Shown: in pieces, positions 36,087 to 47,784 of the stretch
How positions within the stretch are numbered: the stretch's first letter is position 1
Layout of the letters: every line of letters begins with the position of its first letter
Assembly: GCA_029953675.1 (NCBI GenBank)
Contig: JAMWBK010000009.1
Span: 1,488,001-1,552,000, forward strand
Origin: Rhodosorus marinus CCMP1338
Lineage: Eukaryota > Plantae > Rhodophyta
Length of the DNA: 64,000 nucleotides
Direction of reading: 5' to 3'
Made by a program: the position numbers and the translations under genes
The notes under the pieces: generated by a model
What the model was told of the DNA's origin: nothing
The model's input: only the letters and a program-made list of their open reading frames with translations
Databases searched by the model: none

Positions 36087-37133
36087 ATGGCCATGGCAGC
36101 ATTCGTTTGTGGTTTGAACTTGCAAGCGAGAAAAGAAAGATGTCAGAGATTGAGGCTATGTATGAGAGAAAGCGACGGCGTAAGAACGGCTCCTCCGACT
36201 GTACCTGAAGCTCTAAATATGACCATTAAGGAGAGCATCCGAAACGCTGTTCTGTCAGGGCAGCGGGCAATGCGGGTGGGTGGTTTTGCTTTCGTTGTTT
36301 CTTCTGCGTCACGATGTTGAAGGTTGTTTCTCCAAAGACTGAAATGCGCTTGGAATTTGGCTAGGTAGATGTTCGGTCAGGTGAAACAGACCCGGACAGC
36401 CCCATCTATGACGAGATGATGGTTGTCACTGTCGCAGCGCAAGCTGTCGACAGCATGTCGACCATGTTGGGTGAGGAAAGCAAGATTTTGATTGTCAGTG
36501 ATCTCACCACGAAGGTCGACCTAGTGGCCACGCGGTTGGTCGAGGCATCAACAAATCTATCCCAATCAAAACTCCGTGTAGTGGCCATTCCCGAGGACGC
36601 TGAAGGTTTCAAAGTGGATGTGGATGAGGATCTTGTTGTGATTCTTTCTCCCACAAACCAGCCAGGGCGTTCAGTAACCAAGCAAGTGAGGTAGGCGGGG
36701 TGATGAGTAAAACTCCCGGAAACCCAGTGCATCACGGATACCAATTTTCTGAGAATGTGTACTACGGCGCAGGCAAATTATCCGCGCTGCGTTTGGCAGA
36801 AGAACAATCGTTGTCAACCAGAGACTGGATTCTGTAGTAGGAGTAAACGCTGATGGATCGGAAAAGCGTGTGGGAATGCTTCCAGTTGAGATAGGCAAAT
36901 TCGAAGCAGCATACGTGTGGGAAATGTACCAAATCAGGAAGAAGGGCAAGCCGACAGCAAAGCTCGAGGACTTGGACATGGTCCTGATCGTACACAGAAA
37001 ATATCCGGAACCAATCTGTATATTCCGGCTAGACACAATGGATCGAGTGTGCAGTCTTGTTCATGAGTGTGGGTCTACGCTGCCATCCCACAAAAACATT
37101 CTGACCATCGCCGCAAGGCTGATGGATGGGTAA
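36087..37133 (+). CDS. Plastid-targeted DUF1995-like protein, 3 exons
   Basis: MAMAAFVCG transit peptide; DLVVILSP, IVVNQRLD, FEAAYVW and HRKYPEP resemble DUF1995 features. Confidence 0.55.
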
Positions 37134-38526
37134 CAACAACCGAACCAACCTTATAATGAATGAATGCTATTCCCAGAGCCAAAACAGAGGGGCTGGACTT
37201 AGGCTGCTTCGCGTACAGCCATTGGTGATCACATCAGGCCAAGAGGGCGTCCCGGTCAGTTGAATTCCACTCCATGCTAGAACATCGAACAAGGCGAAGA
37301 TATCCAATAGAACAGCTGGCGACTACACATGTTTGCAGCGGTGAGCTGAATAGTACTGTGTACCAAACAGTCGCTTACGATACGAGCGTAGATGAAGAGC
37401 CCTAAAACAACTCATTCTCGTCCTCAAGAATGTTCCCTTCCCCCCTCAGATGACCCAAAGAAGAGTTTCACTGCAAAAATATATATATGTCAAGCTCATC
37501 TTCTGGATGGATGCCAATTGCTCAACAAATAGGTCAGCAAACAACGCGAAATGTGCTTTAAAAACAGCCCAGAATCAGATCCAATCAAATACGTGATAAC
37601 GATTGTAATAAAGACTGATGCCTAAAAAAATTCCGATGCAGCATTTCTACCGTTGCTCGTTTTTATAATTCTTTTTTTAGGTACTCCAGAAAAAAGCTGA
37701 ACGTATTCTAGAAAAATTGGGGAGCACCTGATAACCAAATCGGAGCCATAGAATCCCTCCGTCAAATTTTTGGTAATTTCTGGAACGCATCTGCTGGTGA
37801 GATAGAGAAGGGGGGGGGGGGGTGTGACGCGGATTCCCTCCCTCGAATATTTTGTTGGCATACTGTTTTTTTGGATGAAGCAAAAAAACAGGCAAACCTC
37901 AATAATCATTTACGTTTGCAAGATTTTGGGTGGAGTCACCCGATAAAATAGCGAAATAAACGTTGAAACAACTTTAGGGAGTAAGAATCCAAATGTGCTT
38001 TCGGTTTGCATCATGTTGATAAAATGATGAAAAACTCAACATTGAGCAGCGAACATCGAGAGATTGGTCCAACGGGCGGGGAGCTATAGGGGATTCTTCA
38101 TCTCATTCATGTTACAACATCAATTTCCAGACTAGAAATATGACTCAAATAGAGAGTATTGTTCAAAAACAGCTTTTATTCGATATTTTAGAATAAAGAT
38201 CGGACTAAATTATCAAAGGGTCTAGAAATGAGAACTGGATTGGGTTTAGGCAAATGTTTAGGTCGTGAGGTTTTTGTTCTCGAGTAAGTGGGTCGTGGGG
38301 TAGGTTTTCTTTTTGGGGGGGGGCGGTAGGGGGTGTGTTTCGATATGAAAAGTTTCTCGCGTGGAGTATGAAAGTGCATGTAGTGAAGGAGGTTACAGAG
38401 GCGATAGTGTCGGGGATCTTGTTTTGGGGATAGGAAAAGGTTAGTTGAGGATTTTTTTTCTTTGTATTTTGTTCCTGGGGGAGGCGGGGGAGGGGTAGTA
38501 GTTGTTGTTCATTTCTTCCATCGGCG

Positions 38527-39958
38527 ATGGCGTTTGTGGGGGGTGCTTTGGTGGGCGCCGGTGGGCGTCGTGGTGGAGTTTGTGCCTCCCGCCGAGTGAG
38601 GGGGAATAAGGCCGTGGGTGTGAGGAACTCCAACTACTCGAGGCTGAGGATGGCGGTGGATTACGCTGCGGTCGGAGAGGAAATGGTTGAGACCGGGGCT
38701 GAACCTGAGGAGGTCATTGACAGGGCGTTGACTGACTTTGGTCTGGACTGTGCAATCGCGTTCAGTGGAGCTGAGGATGTTGTGCTCATCGAGTATGCAT
38801 CGAGGACAGGAAAGCCCTTTCGGGTGTTTGCTCTTGACACTGGACGCTTGCATCCCGAGACGTACAGATTTTTCGATAAGGTAGAGAAGCACTATGGTAT
38901 CAGGATCGAGTATTGTTTCCCGGAAAGCAAGGAGGTCGAGGATTTGGTCAACGAGAAGGGAATGTTCTCCTTCCTCGAGGATGGCCACCAGGTAATCACA
39001 GATCCCAAGGACCCCTGCTAGTTGACAAGAGGCTGTGCAGAGTATTGGATTCGCCCTAACTTTTGCTATTTGGTTCACCAGGAATGCTGCCGAATCAGGA
39101 AGGTGCGACCACTTCGAAAGAAGCTTGGGACTCTCAAGGCCTGGATTACAGGTCAGAGAAAGGATCAGAGCCCGGGTACGCGTCAAGCTATTCCTATGAT
39201 CGAAATGGACCCTGCGTTCAAGGGGCAAGAAGATGGCGAGTTGGTCAAGTTCAATCCTCTCGCTAATGTGTCCTCTGCGGAGGTGTGGGCACTGATCCGA
39301 ATGGTTGAAGTGCCGTACAATGAGCTCCACCAGAAGGGCTTCATCTCCATTGGGTAGGCTACTTTGTGCTAGTCTCCTAAATTCTGCGTCTCCTCGTTCC
39401 TAATTGCTAAGACCCCGCGGTTTTTCCGTTCCTGAATGGGTAGGTGTGAACCATGCACGATCCCCGTACTTCCAAATCAACATGAAAGGGAGGGCAGATG
39501 GGCGTACGAGGAAGCTACACAAAAGGAATGCGGATTGCACACTGGAAACATTTCAAAGGAGCTATCCAAGATGGAAGAGGCAAGGAACTTTGTATTGGAC
39601 AGGGTTAATGCCAATAGCGTTATGATGTTCTCTAAGGCTGGCTGCCCCTTTTGCCTGGAAGCGGCAGAGCTTCTCCAGAAGCTTAACATTGAGTACTTTG
39701 AAGAAACGGTGAGGAAGCCGTCCGCAACCTGGGGCGAACGAGATGCTCAAGATTTCGACTTTATTCCCTTTTCTGCAGGTGAGTGAGATGCCAAACGCAG
39801 CAGAAATCATGGCGGCTCTGTTGGAGAAAACAGACCAGAAGACCTTGCCCAATATCTTCATTAAGAGCCAACACATCGGCGGGTGTGCGGAGTTGAAGGT
39901 TCTGCACGCGAAGGGAGAACTTGTAAAGATGGTCGGAAACAAGCAACTGGTGCAATAA
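38527..39958 (+). CDS. APR: Plastid adenosine 5'-phosphosulfate reductase fused to a C-terminal glutaredoxin, 4 exons
   Basis: MAFVGG transit peptide; [37 protein letters not shown] and ECGLH; then [21 protein letters not shown]. Confidence 0.93.
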
Positions 39959-40451
39959 CTTTGCCGGCAAATTTTCTAGATTCCGTAGGAATATTTACAA
40001 ATTCTCTGGTTTTAGCTCACATTGTAATGAAACGATAGTTGCACTATAAGTCTCCAAGTCAAGCCACAGGATTGGAGAAAAACGAACCTCGAAATTTTGC
40101 TTCAGCCCTTCCCGCTGGTTGAAAGAGTTCAACTCAAGCATTCCAGAAGCTCGGTGCTGAGTTCCCAGTGTACAGCATACAGCATGCCTCGTGAACAGCT
40201 CGATATGCCATTGAGCATATTGTGAGAAGCAACATGCCTTCAACCAAGACCGAAGGGATGCATAATCCATACACATCCTTTAGGTTGGCTGCTGATGGTT
40301 ACTCCACCGATGATTGGGAGAAGAGCCTATGTGGTGTAGTCGCTTCCGAATATCAGCGCTCGGTGTTGATATTGCTTTTCTAGTCGAATATATGAGAGCT
40401 CTGTAGCTCCTGCTAATTCTACGAGCTGAGATTTATCTCTGTCAGCAGAAG

Positions 40452-41759
40452 ATGAAGCGGGTTCGACGGGCGAGCCATGCAGGTACGTTCCGAGTTGTTG
40501 ACCGCCGTTCTGCGTGTGTCGACTGAACTTGGACTTTTTCACGTGCTCCAGGTTCATGGTACAGTGGTGATAGAGAGCATCTGAAAACCCAGCTTGCAGG
40601 CTGGATTCAATCTGCACGAGATGTTGGATTTCAGGACAACCTGCGTGCAGTCATTGCTCCTCATGCTGGGTACTCTTATTCGGGACCTACTGCAGGATAT
40701 GCTTATGCGGCTATTGACCCTACGAAATACGATCGAGTCATTGTACTGGTAAGCACATCCGGGTATGTGACCGCGATAAGCAATGCCTAATCGGATACAC
40801 TTTTTCTTTGGCGGGTGGCCGTCCAGGGACCATCACATCACGTGTACCTTGACCACTGCTGTGTGACAGCTCAGAACTTCCTGGAGACCCCCGTTGGAAC
40901 ATTGAAAGTTGATGAAGAGTTTAACACAGACTTGAAGGCTTCAGGGCTGTTCGAGTCCATGGATAGATCTGTAGACGAGGATGAACATAGCATTGAGATG
41001 CACCTTCCGTACGTTGCGTACGTATTCCGAGATCATTTGGATCGGATCAAAGTAGGTCACTGTCAATGCCCACTTGCATACCTCGAAATGAGGTTTCTTG
41101 ACAACTGAATAGGCTGTGCCCCCCGAATTCCTGAAACAACCGCAGGTCGGGACCGTCCTTGTTGGTTCCCTTTCGAATGAGGGCGACGAAAAGTACGGAT
41201 TGTTCTTTTCGAGCTATTTGTCAAACCCAAAGAATCTTTTCATAGTTTCCAGCGATTTCTGCCATTGGTAAGACGTGTGAAGGGAGGCTTAATCACCTGA
41301 ACAAATCGAAGTTGGTTTCCTTTCTGAGTATCATCTATTCTTTTAGGGGTAAACGTTTTAGATATGTCAACTACGATTCTGCCCGAGGTGAGATACACCA
41401 GTCGATCGAGCATCTCGATCGAAAGGCCATACATATAATCGAAAGACAGCGGCCTGCAGAATTTCACAGTTACTTGAGAGAGACCGGCAACACAATCTGC
41501 GGGAGACATCCCATTACAGTGCGCCCAATTCCTGAACTTATTGACGTAGAAACCCATTCCTTGGAAAATCCATACGCAGGCTAACACTGAGTCTCATGTA
41601 TAGGTTCTGCTCTTCGCGGCAGAGAAAAACCGAGGGTCGCAGTCCAAGAGTTTTTCGTTCAGCTTGGCCAAATATGCTCAGTCGTCTCAGTGTCGATCAC
41701 AATCTGACAGCTCAGTCAGTTACGTCTCGATGCACGTTACGCTTCAGGGTGATGACTAG
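40452..41759 (+). CDS. MEMO1: MEMO1/AmmeMemoRadiSam protein B family, multi-exon
   Basis: [10 protein letters not shown]|[47 protein letters not shown], and YAQSS..DSSVSY. Confidence 0.92.
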
Positions 41760-42694
41760 TAGACTACTTCAATCCCCTTCACTTAACGACTGAATTTATT
41801 CTAGTAATGATTGAGTCGTAATACAGACCTTTGGTTGGAGTAGAACTTACGCCAAACCCCACCCCCTTATAGAGCCAAGAGAATCATTCGGGAAAGACTC
41901 GATTTTCATTAAAGTTTTCATAAGTTTCTATTAGTACGAGAATCTCCATCTGGTACTAGAAACTATCCAAACCAAGGAGTCCTAAGCTAGACCATCCATG
42001 CATATGTGCTATTCAATAACGAAACCAAATCCAGAAGATCACATTGTATGAAAATAGAATCCCAGATCTAGAAACAAGTGGCTACAAACAAAGCGCAATT
42101 CGAATCATCTACTCAGCAAATATCTAAATCAACGCGGATTAGGATAGACAGGCTGTCCTACTCACGTTTTATGAGGATGAGGGTTTTGGGGTGCCTTCAC
42201 GACATTCTCTCTTTGAGGGTTTGGAGGATGATCGATGTTGTGCGTATTTAGTTGGCGCAACACGTAGGAGTTTGTATTCAACTTAAGGATGAGAGAAAGT
42301 TGGCTACGGATTGAAAAATCTCTATGCAGATAGTGAGATTATAGTTTTTCGGATCTCTGCTCTGTGAGGGAGGATTGTCCAGGAGCTGTTGTTTTGTGTG
42401 CAGCAGTTGTTGTTGTAGTGGAGTATCGTTTTGGGAGTGACGATTTCTTGTTTTTGGTTTTAGGATTGATTAGGGTTTGGTTTGGGGCGGTTGTGGCAGT
42501 GTTGGAGAACTGCGAGGAGAAGGTGTGCGGTGTTGTTTTTTTTTTTGGATTTGTGTGGATGAGGAGTTCGCAGAAGTGATAAGATCTTGGTGGGGAAGGT
42601 ACTGGTGCGGCAAGGGGATGCTTGCGGTGGTTTTGTGGTAATGATCAAATCTGATTCACCCAGATGTGGTAGCAATTTTATGCTCTGAAGACGG

Positions 42695-44052
42695 ATGGGG
42701 ATAGCACAAGATCGAGATTACCCTATCCGCGAGGTGTGGGCCGAGAATCTCAATGAGGAGATGGCCAAAATTGCTCTGATCCTGGAGAATTACAATTATG
42801 TGGCAATGGTATGATGTTTGGTCATGCACGAGGCTTCCCTAAGAAGCGGATTTCTACGAACGCGATGAAGAAAGTGCTGAAAACGAATCTGGCAATCATC
42901 TGATGTCTACCTCGTAGGACACTGAGTTTCCTGGTGTACTAGCTCGCCCGATTGGCACTTTCAAGAGCAAATCAGAATATAATTACCGAACGCTTGGCTT
43001 GAACGTTGACATGCTAAAGATCATTCAGCTGGGGTTGGCTTTTTCGGATTCAGAGGGCAACTCTCCAAAGGAATGTGCATGCTGGCAGTTCAATTTTGAG
43101 TTCAACCTCTTGGAAGACATGTATGCACAGGATACGATCGATCTGTTGACGGATTCCGGTATGTCCTGAGTGCCAAAAGGAAACCCTCTGCGTACAATTC
43201 CTCGCTGCCGTGCAGAGAGTGCTCGTACGCATGTGGTTTCGACCTGTTGGCGGCCCGCAAGACCCAATGGATAGGGCCAGGAAGTTTAAGAAAACAGTCG
43301 CTCATTGTGAGTCGTCTTTGAACCGTAGGCTTGCGATTTCAGGAGCACGAGCGACGGGGAATTAAGGTTGAGGATTTCGGTGCGCTTCTGATGGAATCTG
43401 GGCTTGTGCTTTGCGAGGACGTACATTGGATTTCGTTCAGTTCGTTCTACTACTTTGGTTATTTGTTGAAAATACTCACCTGTTCGGAATTGCCCAAATC
43501 CCAGGATGTGAGTTAGGCAACTTCACTTCGACGATTGGGAGGGGACTGCGCCTACTTGCCCGATTTTCAAATCTGTTTACGAGGTTGCTAACTTTGGCAA
43601 TTTCTCCGCACATGGGAATCACGCCCGTATGGACAGGAATTTTTAGATCTCCTGGGCACGTTCTTCCCCAATCTTCTGGATATGAAGTACTTGGAGCTGG
43701 TCACAGACGGCTTGCAAGGAGGGATAAATAAGCTTGCGGAGACATATGGAGTGCGAAGATATGGACAGGTTCATCAAGCCGGAAGCGATAGCCTCCTAAC
43801 ATTGCATGTTTATTTCTGTATGAAATCTGTAAGTACCCAACTAATACATACAAATGGACACATCGGACAGCTAGGACCTTCCCTGAGGTAATCAGGACTG
43901 ACTTTTCTTCTGTTCGCCACGCTTTTATTTCTATTAAGGTGACCTTCAATGGAGACATAGATACAAAGCATTACGGTATTCTCTACGGCCTTGGAAGCGG
44001 AACTGACAACACGAAGGATGGGGACAAAACGCTGACAGGCGTAGTCACATAG
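42695..44052 (+). CDS. CAF1: CCR4-NOT deadenylase subunit CAF1/POP2 homologue, 5 exons
   Basis: [12 protein letters not shown]|[24 protein letters not shown], and [10 protein letters not shown]. The canonical FHSGYDFGY reads FSSFYYFGY here. Confidence 0.92.
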
Positions 44053-44747
44053 GAACCTCGCTGTCAGTGACATGACACCATCGAAAGCTTGTCACTGCAA
44101 ATAGCACTAGCTGATATGCAGCCTCGGCTGCAAAGGAAAGGGAGGGATTCTATATCCCACTGAGACATTTCAGGTGAGGATTCGAATCGTTGAAAGTGAA
44201 CTGGACACAGGCAACAAGGAAACTTGAGATGTATGACTCCCAAGGTGTAGAACGACAGGATGGAAGCCCGCAAGTCGATCGGATCCACCAAAGCAGGTTT
44301 TCTGCGAACTGGTCGGCACGTGCGTCAGGATTTGCAGACTTGGAGCTGTCTCTCCGTTGGAAAGATTGTTTATTCGACTGCGCCCATAGAGAGTTTTATT
44401 CGTTGAGAATTAATGGGAATCAAAAGCATGATCCAAACCAACACCGGTACTTAGCCCGAGCGTCTCTTGATTTCTTCGAAATCTCGCTCTCGGTAGGCGT
44501 TAAGACCTTCAGCGCTGTCACAGGAAGGCCAATTCGACGCATTCATGTCTTCAAAATGACGATTGTGGGGCTCTCCGTCACGTTTGGAGTCACTTGATAC
44601 GGCCAAAGTTTTACACCAGCATCCACCTCATATGCTGTAGGAATGTTACACCGGCGCAAAAAGGAGCAAAATTCGTTCGTATCAGAAGCTTAATTCATCT
44701 TCTGGCCCTTGCGAGGGGTTACTAATATACTACAACAAACTGAACAC

Positions 44748-46254
44748 TCACTCCAGCGCGAATAGCTGTGCCCCAGTCCACGTTTCACCGGGAGCAACGA
44801 CAGCCGGTTTAGAGACCACCGCCGGTTCAACGCAGACGAAGCTTTTCCAGCCCGCGTCACATCCATCGGATCCGAACGGATTCCAAAGCGTCGTATCAGA
44901 CAACGTCGGAGTTTTCTTGATCGTGATAACGTGCAGTTTTGCACTATCGAACACCACCACTTCGTTCTCTATGTTGGTATATATCCGATCCGTCTCTTCT
45001 GTAATTGCAACACCCGCTCCCATGTCATCAGGTTCATCCTTTCCACGAAAATGGAAGCCAAAACAGTATCGTTTTAGCTTTCGGGGCTCAGCAGCGCTCG
45101 CTGGCGATGCGTAGCCAAATGTGCTTCTAAACTCTGTTGGCGACGCCATTCCCATCAAGCGCCGTTCACAGAATGTCTAGCCCAAACAAACTATTGTCTT
45201 GATTTCGGTTTCTACTACGCCTTACCTTTTTTTTATCACCATCCAGTCTGTCCATGTACTTGGAATTGTCCAATCCATACATGCGAACTTTTTCAATGTT
45301 AGAACAATTGATGTAGTTATGAAGCGCAGCCGTGAACTCGATAGGCTCGGATCCTGTATCAGAAGCGGTCAGTTTTGATTTAGAAAACCAGAAAAAGGAG
45401 GTTAGATCCTCGAGAGATCGTAAAACTTCATTCACTACAACGACATCATACCGTTGTTAGTTACCCTCAGGGCTGTTTCCAGTCCACCAGCGTTGAGGGT
45501 GACAGCATAGACTGCCTCCCACTTCTTATCCCCACTCCAAGACTTGATGAGGTCGGATTCAGTTTCGTTGGATATCTTGAGTTCAGTGTAGACAGAGCCA
45601 TCCTCCAGGACTTCAAGAGCGGTTACCTGAACCACGACAGAGGGAGAAAAGAAGATGAGGTTTTAGAAACAGTAGACAACTTTCGAATGGTGTTCTTTAG
45701 CATCTTTTGTTCACCTCCCATTCAGTGATACGTGCGAATCCATGAGCTGGAAGATCCCCATAAGGACCGAACTGAGGGAAGCAGATAGGAATGCCAGCTC
45801 TGATAGCTTTTTTCCCGTTGAAGACAGCTTCTTTTGACGTGAAGAAAACCTCGCGCTTGTTCTGTGTCCATGATTGTACTGTGGCGCCGTACTTGTAAAC
45901 TCGGGCACTCTGAAACGGAGGAGGAAGTTGGACCCGGATGAGTTGAGAAACTGGAAAACCCCCACAACTTGTAAGCAGTTTGATTAGAAACTGTTATCGG
46001 GCGTGAATTACCTGCCCGCTCTCCTCGTGGTTCATCAGCACGTACTCCATACCATTCACTCCGGGCACAATCTCTGGTGGAGGCGACATCCCTCCCATCT
46101 CTTCGGCCAGCTGAGCAGCCAAATCTTCAAACTCATTTGTCATCTTCACAGTAGATCTCCTTCCATCTCTCGAAAAGGTTTTCTGACTCCTGCAACCGCC
46201 GATCTTGGCAGGCATGCGCCTGGTGGCCCCAGAAAACCCACACACGAACGCCAT
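44748..46254 (-). CDS. Plastid-targeted glucose-6-phosphate 1-epimerase (aldose 1-epimerase family), multi-exon
   Basis: MAFVCGF transit peptide; FPQFGPYGDLPAHGFAR, FTAALHNY, ETDRIY, LWNP, and FVCVEP. Confidence 0.9.
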
Positions 46255-47784
46255 CCTTTCCCTCACAGGCTAGTCGAACACAGTTACACTTGCAGCACTT
46301 AGAAAACCCACTAACCTAAAGCTTCAACTAGCCAGTACCTCTACACACCCTCCCAACCTCTCCACAAGTAAACCTCGCAAGACAAAGTCTTAATAGCAGC
46401 TGATGATACTGGATGATCCAGCCGGTTTACCCTCCCGAGATCTCGGGATCGCTGGTCATTGATAGGACATCGACCGCGAACAGGGGAGCAGAGGTGAAAT
46501 TCTTCGCTTTCACTGATCTTCAATGAGTACTTTTCCATAAAGAGGCAATCGAGGAGAGGGTCTAGGTATTGGATTCAGGTCTTTTCCAGGTTCACTGGCC
46601 TCATGGAGATCCATAGTTCGTGCTCAGTGACTCGGGCGAGTGGGGCGGCGAGGATGAACAGGTCATCCAATGCCCATTTTCTGATCCAGAGTCGACTGAA
46701 GATCTCTAGACATCTAGTCGGTCGCACATGTAACGCAGTCTTTCTCATCCTTCCAGCTGAGGACAAAGCGAGCTCTTTCAAGCCCAGAAGAACAACGCAT
46801 ACTTGCTCGTTCTTGGGAATTCTAGCTCCCGAAAAGCTTTTGCGGGGAGTCGGGGTTGGGGAGGTGTTCAGTTGTACCTGTAGCTTGAAGAAGCCCAGAC
46901 TATCGTTCCGATGGTTTCAGTTGCAATAACATGATAGTAATCCTTAAAAAGAACGTAGCAATTCCCTTACAATATCATAGCTGCTCTGAATAGAGCATTG
47001 ATGTTGAAACCAGCTGACTCGCGTTGGCCGCGACAGACTTTCCACCAAAAAAACGATTCATAACAAATCGAACTAATTATTTAGAATATACACGAATATC
47101 TATTGCGTATTTTTTAATAGTATTTTGTAAGTCCAGAATCAGCGGCCTAGCCTTTCTTGATTTGTACAAACAATAGTGAGGGTCAGAACATCCCGCTTTC
47201 GACTTATTGATATTCTTCATCAAATTGATTTCAATCTCGAGCATTCTTTTTCTTCTGAATTATATATTCTTAAATTTAGAGATTATTGTTCTACATATAT
47301 CATTTCATAGCAAATTTCTTAATAAATAATATAATAGATGAATCTTAAACGATAATTTGATATACGAAAACTAAATGTAGCGCTTCTTGGCTGTCATTTA
47401 TTTATTTCAAGAATTCACATAATGCTTTTTACTGAAATTTGAAAATTTGTGTTTCTCGTAGCTTGGTTGGTGCAGGGTAGGATTGAATTTTGTTAATTGT
47501 GGATAACAATTTCGTTGCTTAGTATTTGTACTGAGGGAGACTCGTTTTGCGGATCGATCCACTCGCTAGGAATAGTACAGCCACAGACGGGCAGTGATGA
47601 AAGAGCCATCACCGTGAAATACCAAGGTCATGACCCACAGAAGGGAGTTTATCCTATCGCTTGATAAGAGGGTTTGAGTAAATCCATGCGAAGAACAGTT
47701 AGTTCAAAAAAATAGCACGTTGGAAACGGAACCAGTTTCACGAAGGTTTTTGGTTAGTTAATGATGGACCTTCATCAGCGCCTC

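Noticed and set aside
13069-39958. Apparent redox/sulfur gene cluster (DHAR, ferredoxin, GFA, APR)
   Set aside because: The genes are scattered among unrelated housekeeping genes, with no evidence of co-regulation.
43148-43328. Unusually long CAF1 intron with two hairpins and an ACA, as a possible H/ACA snoRNA
   Set aside because: No ANANNA H box lies between the hairpins.
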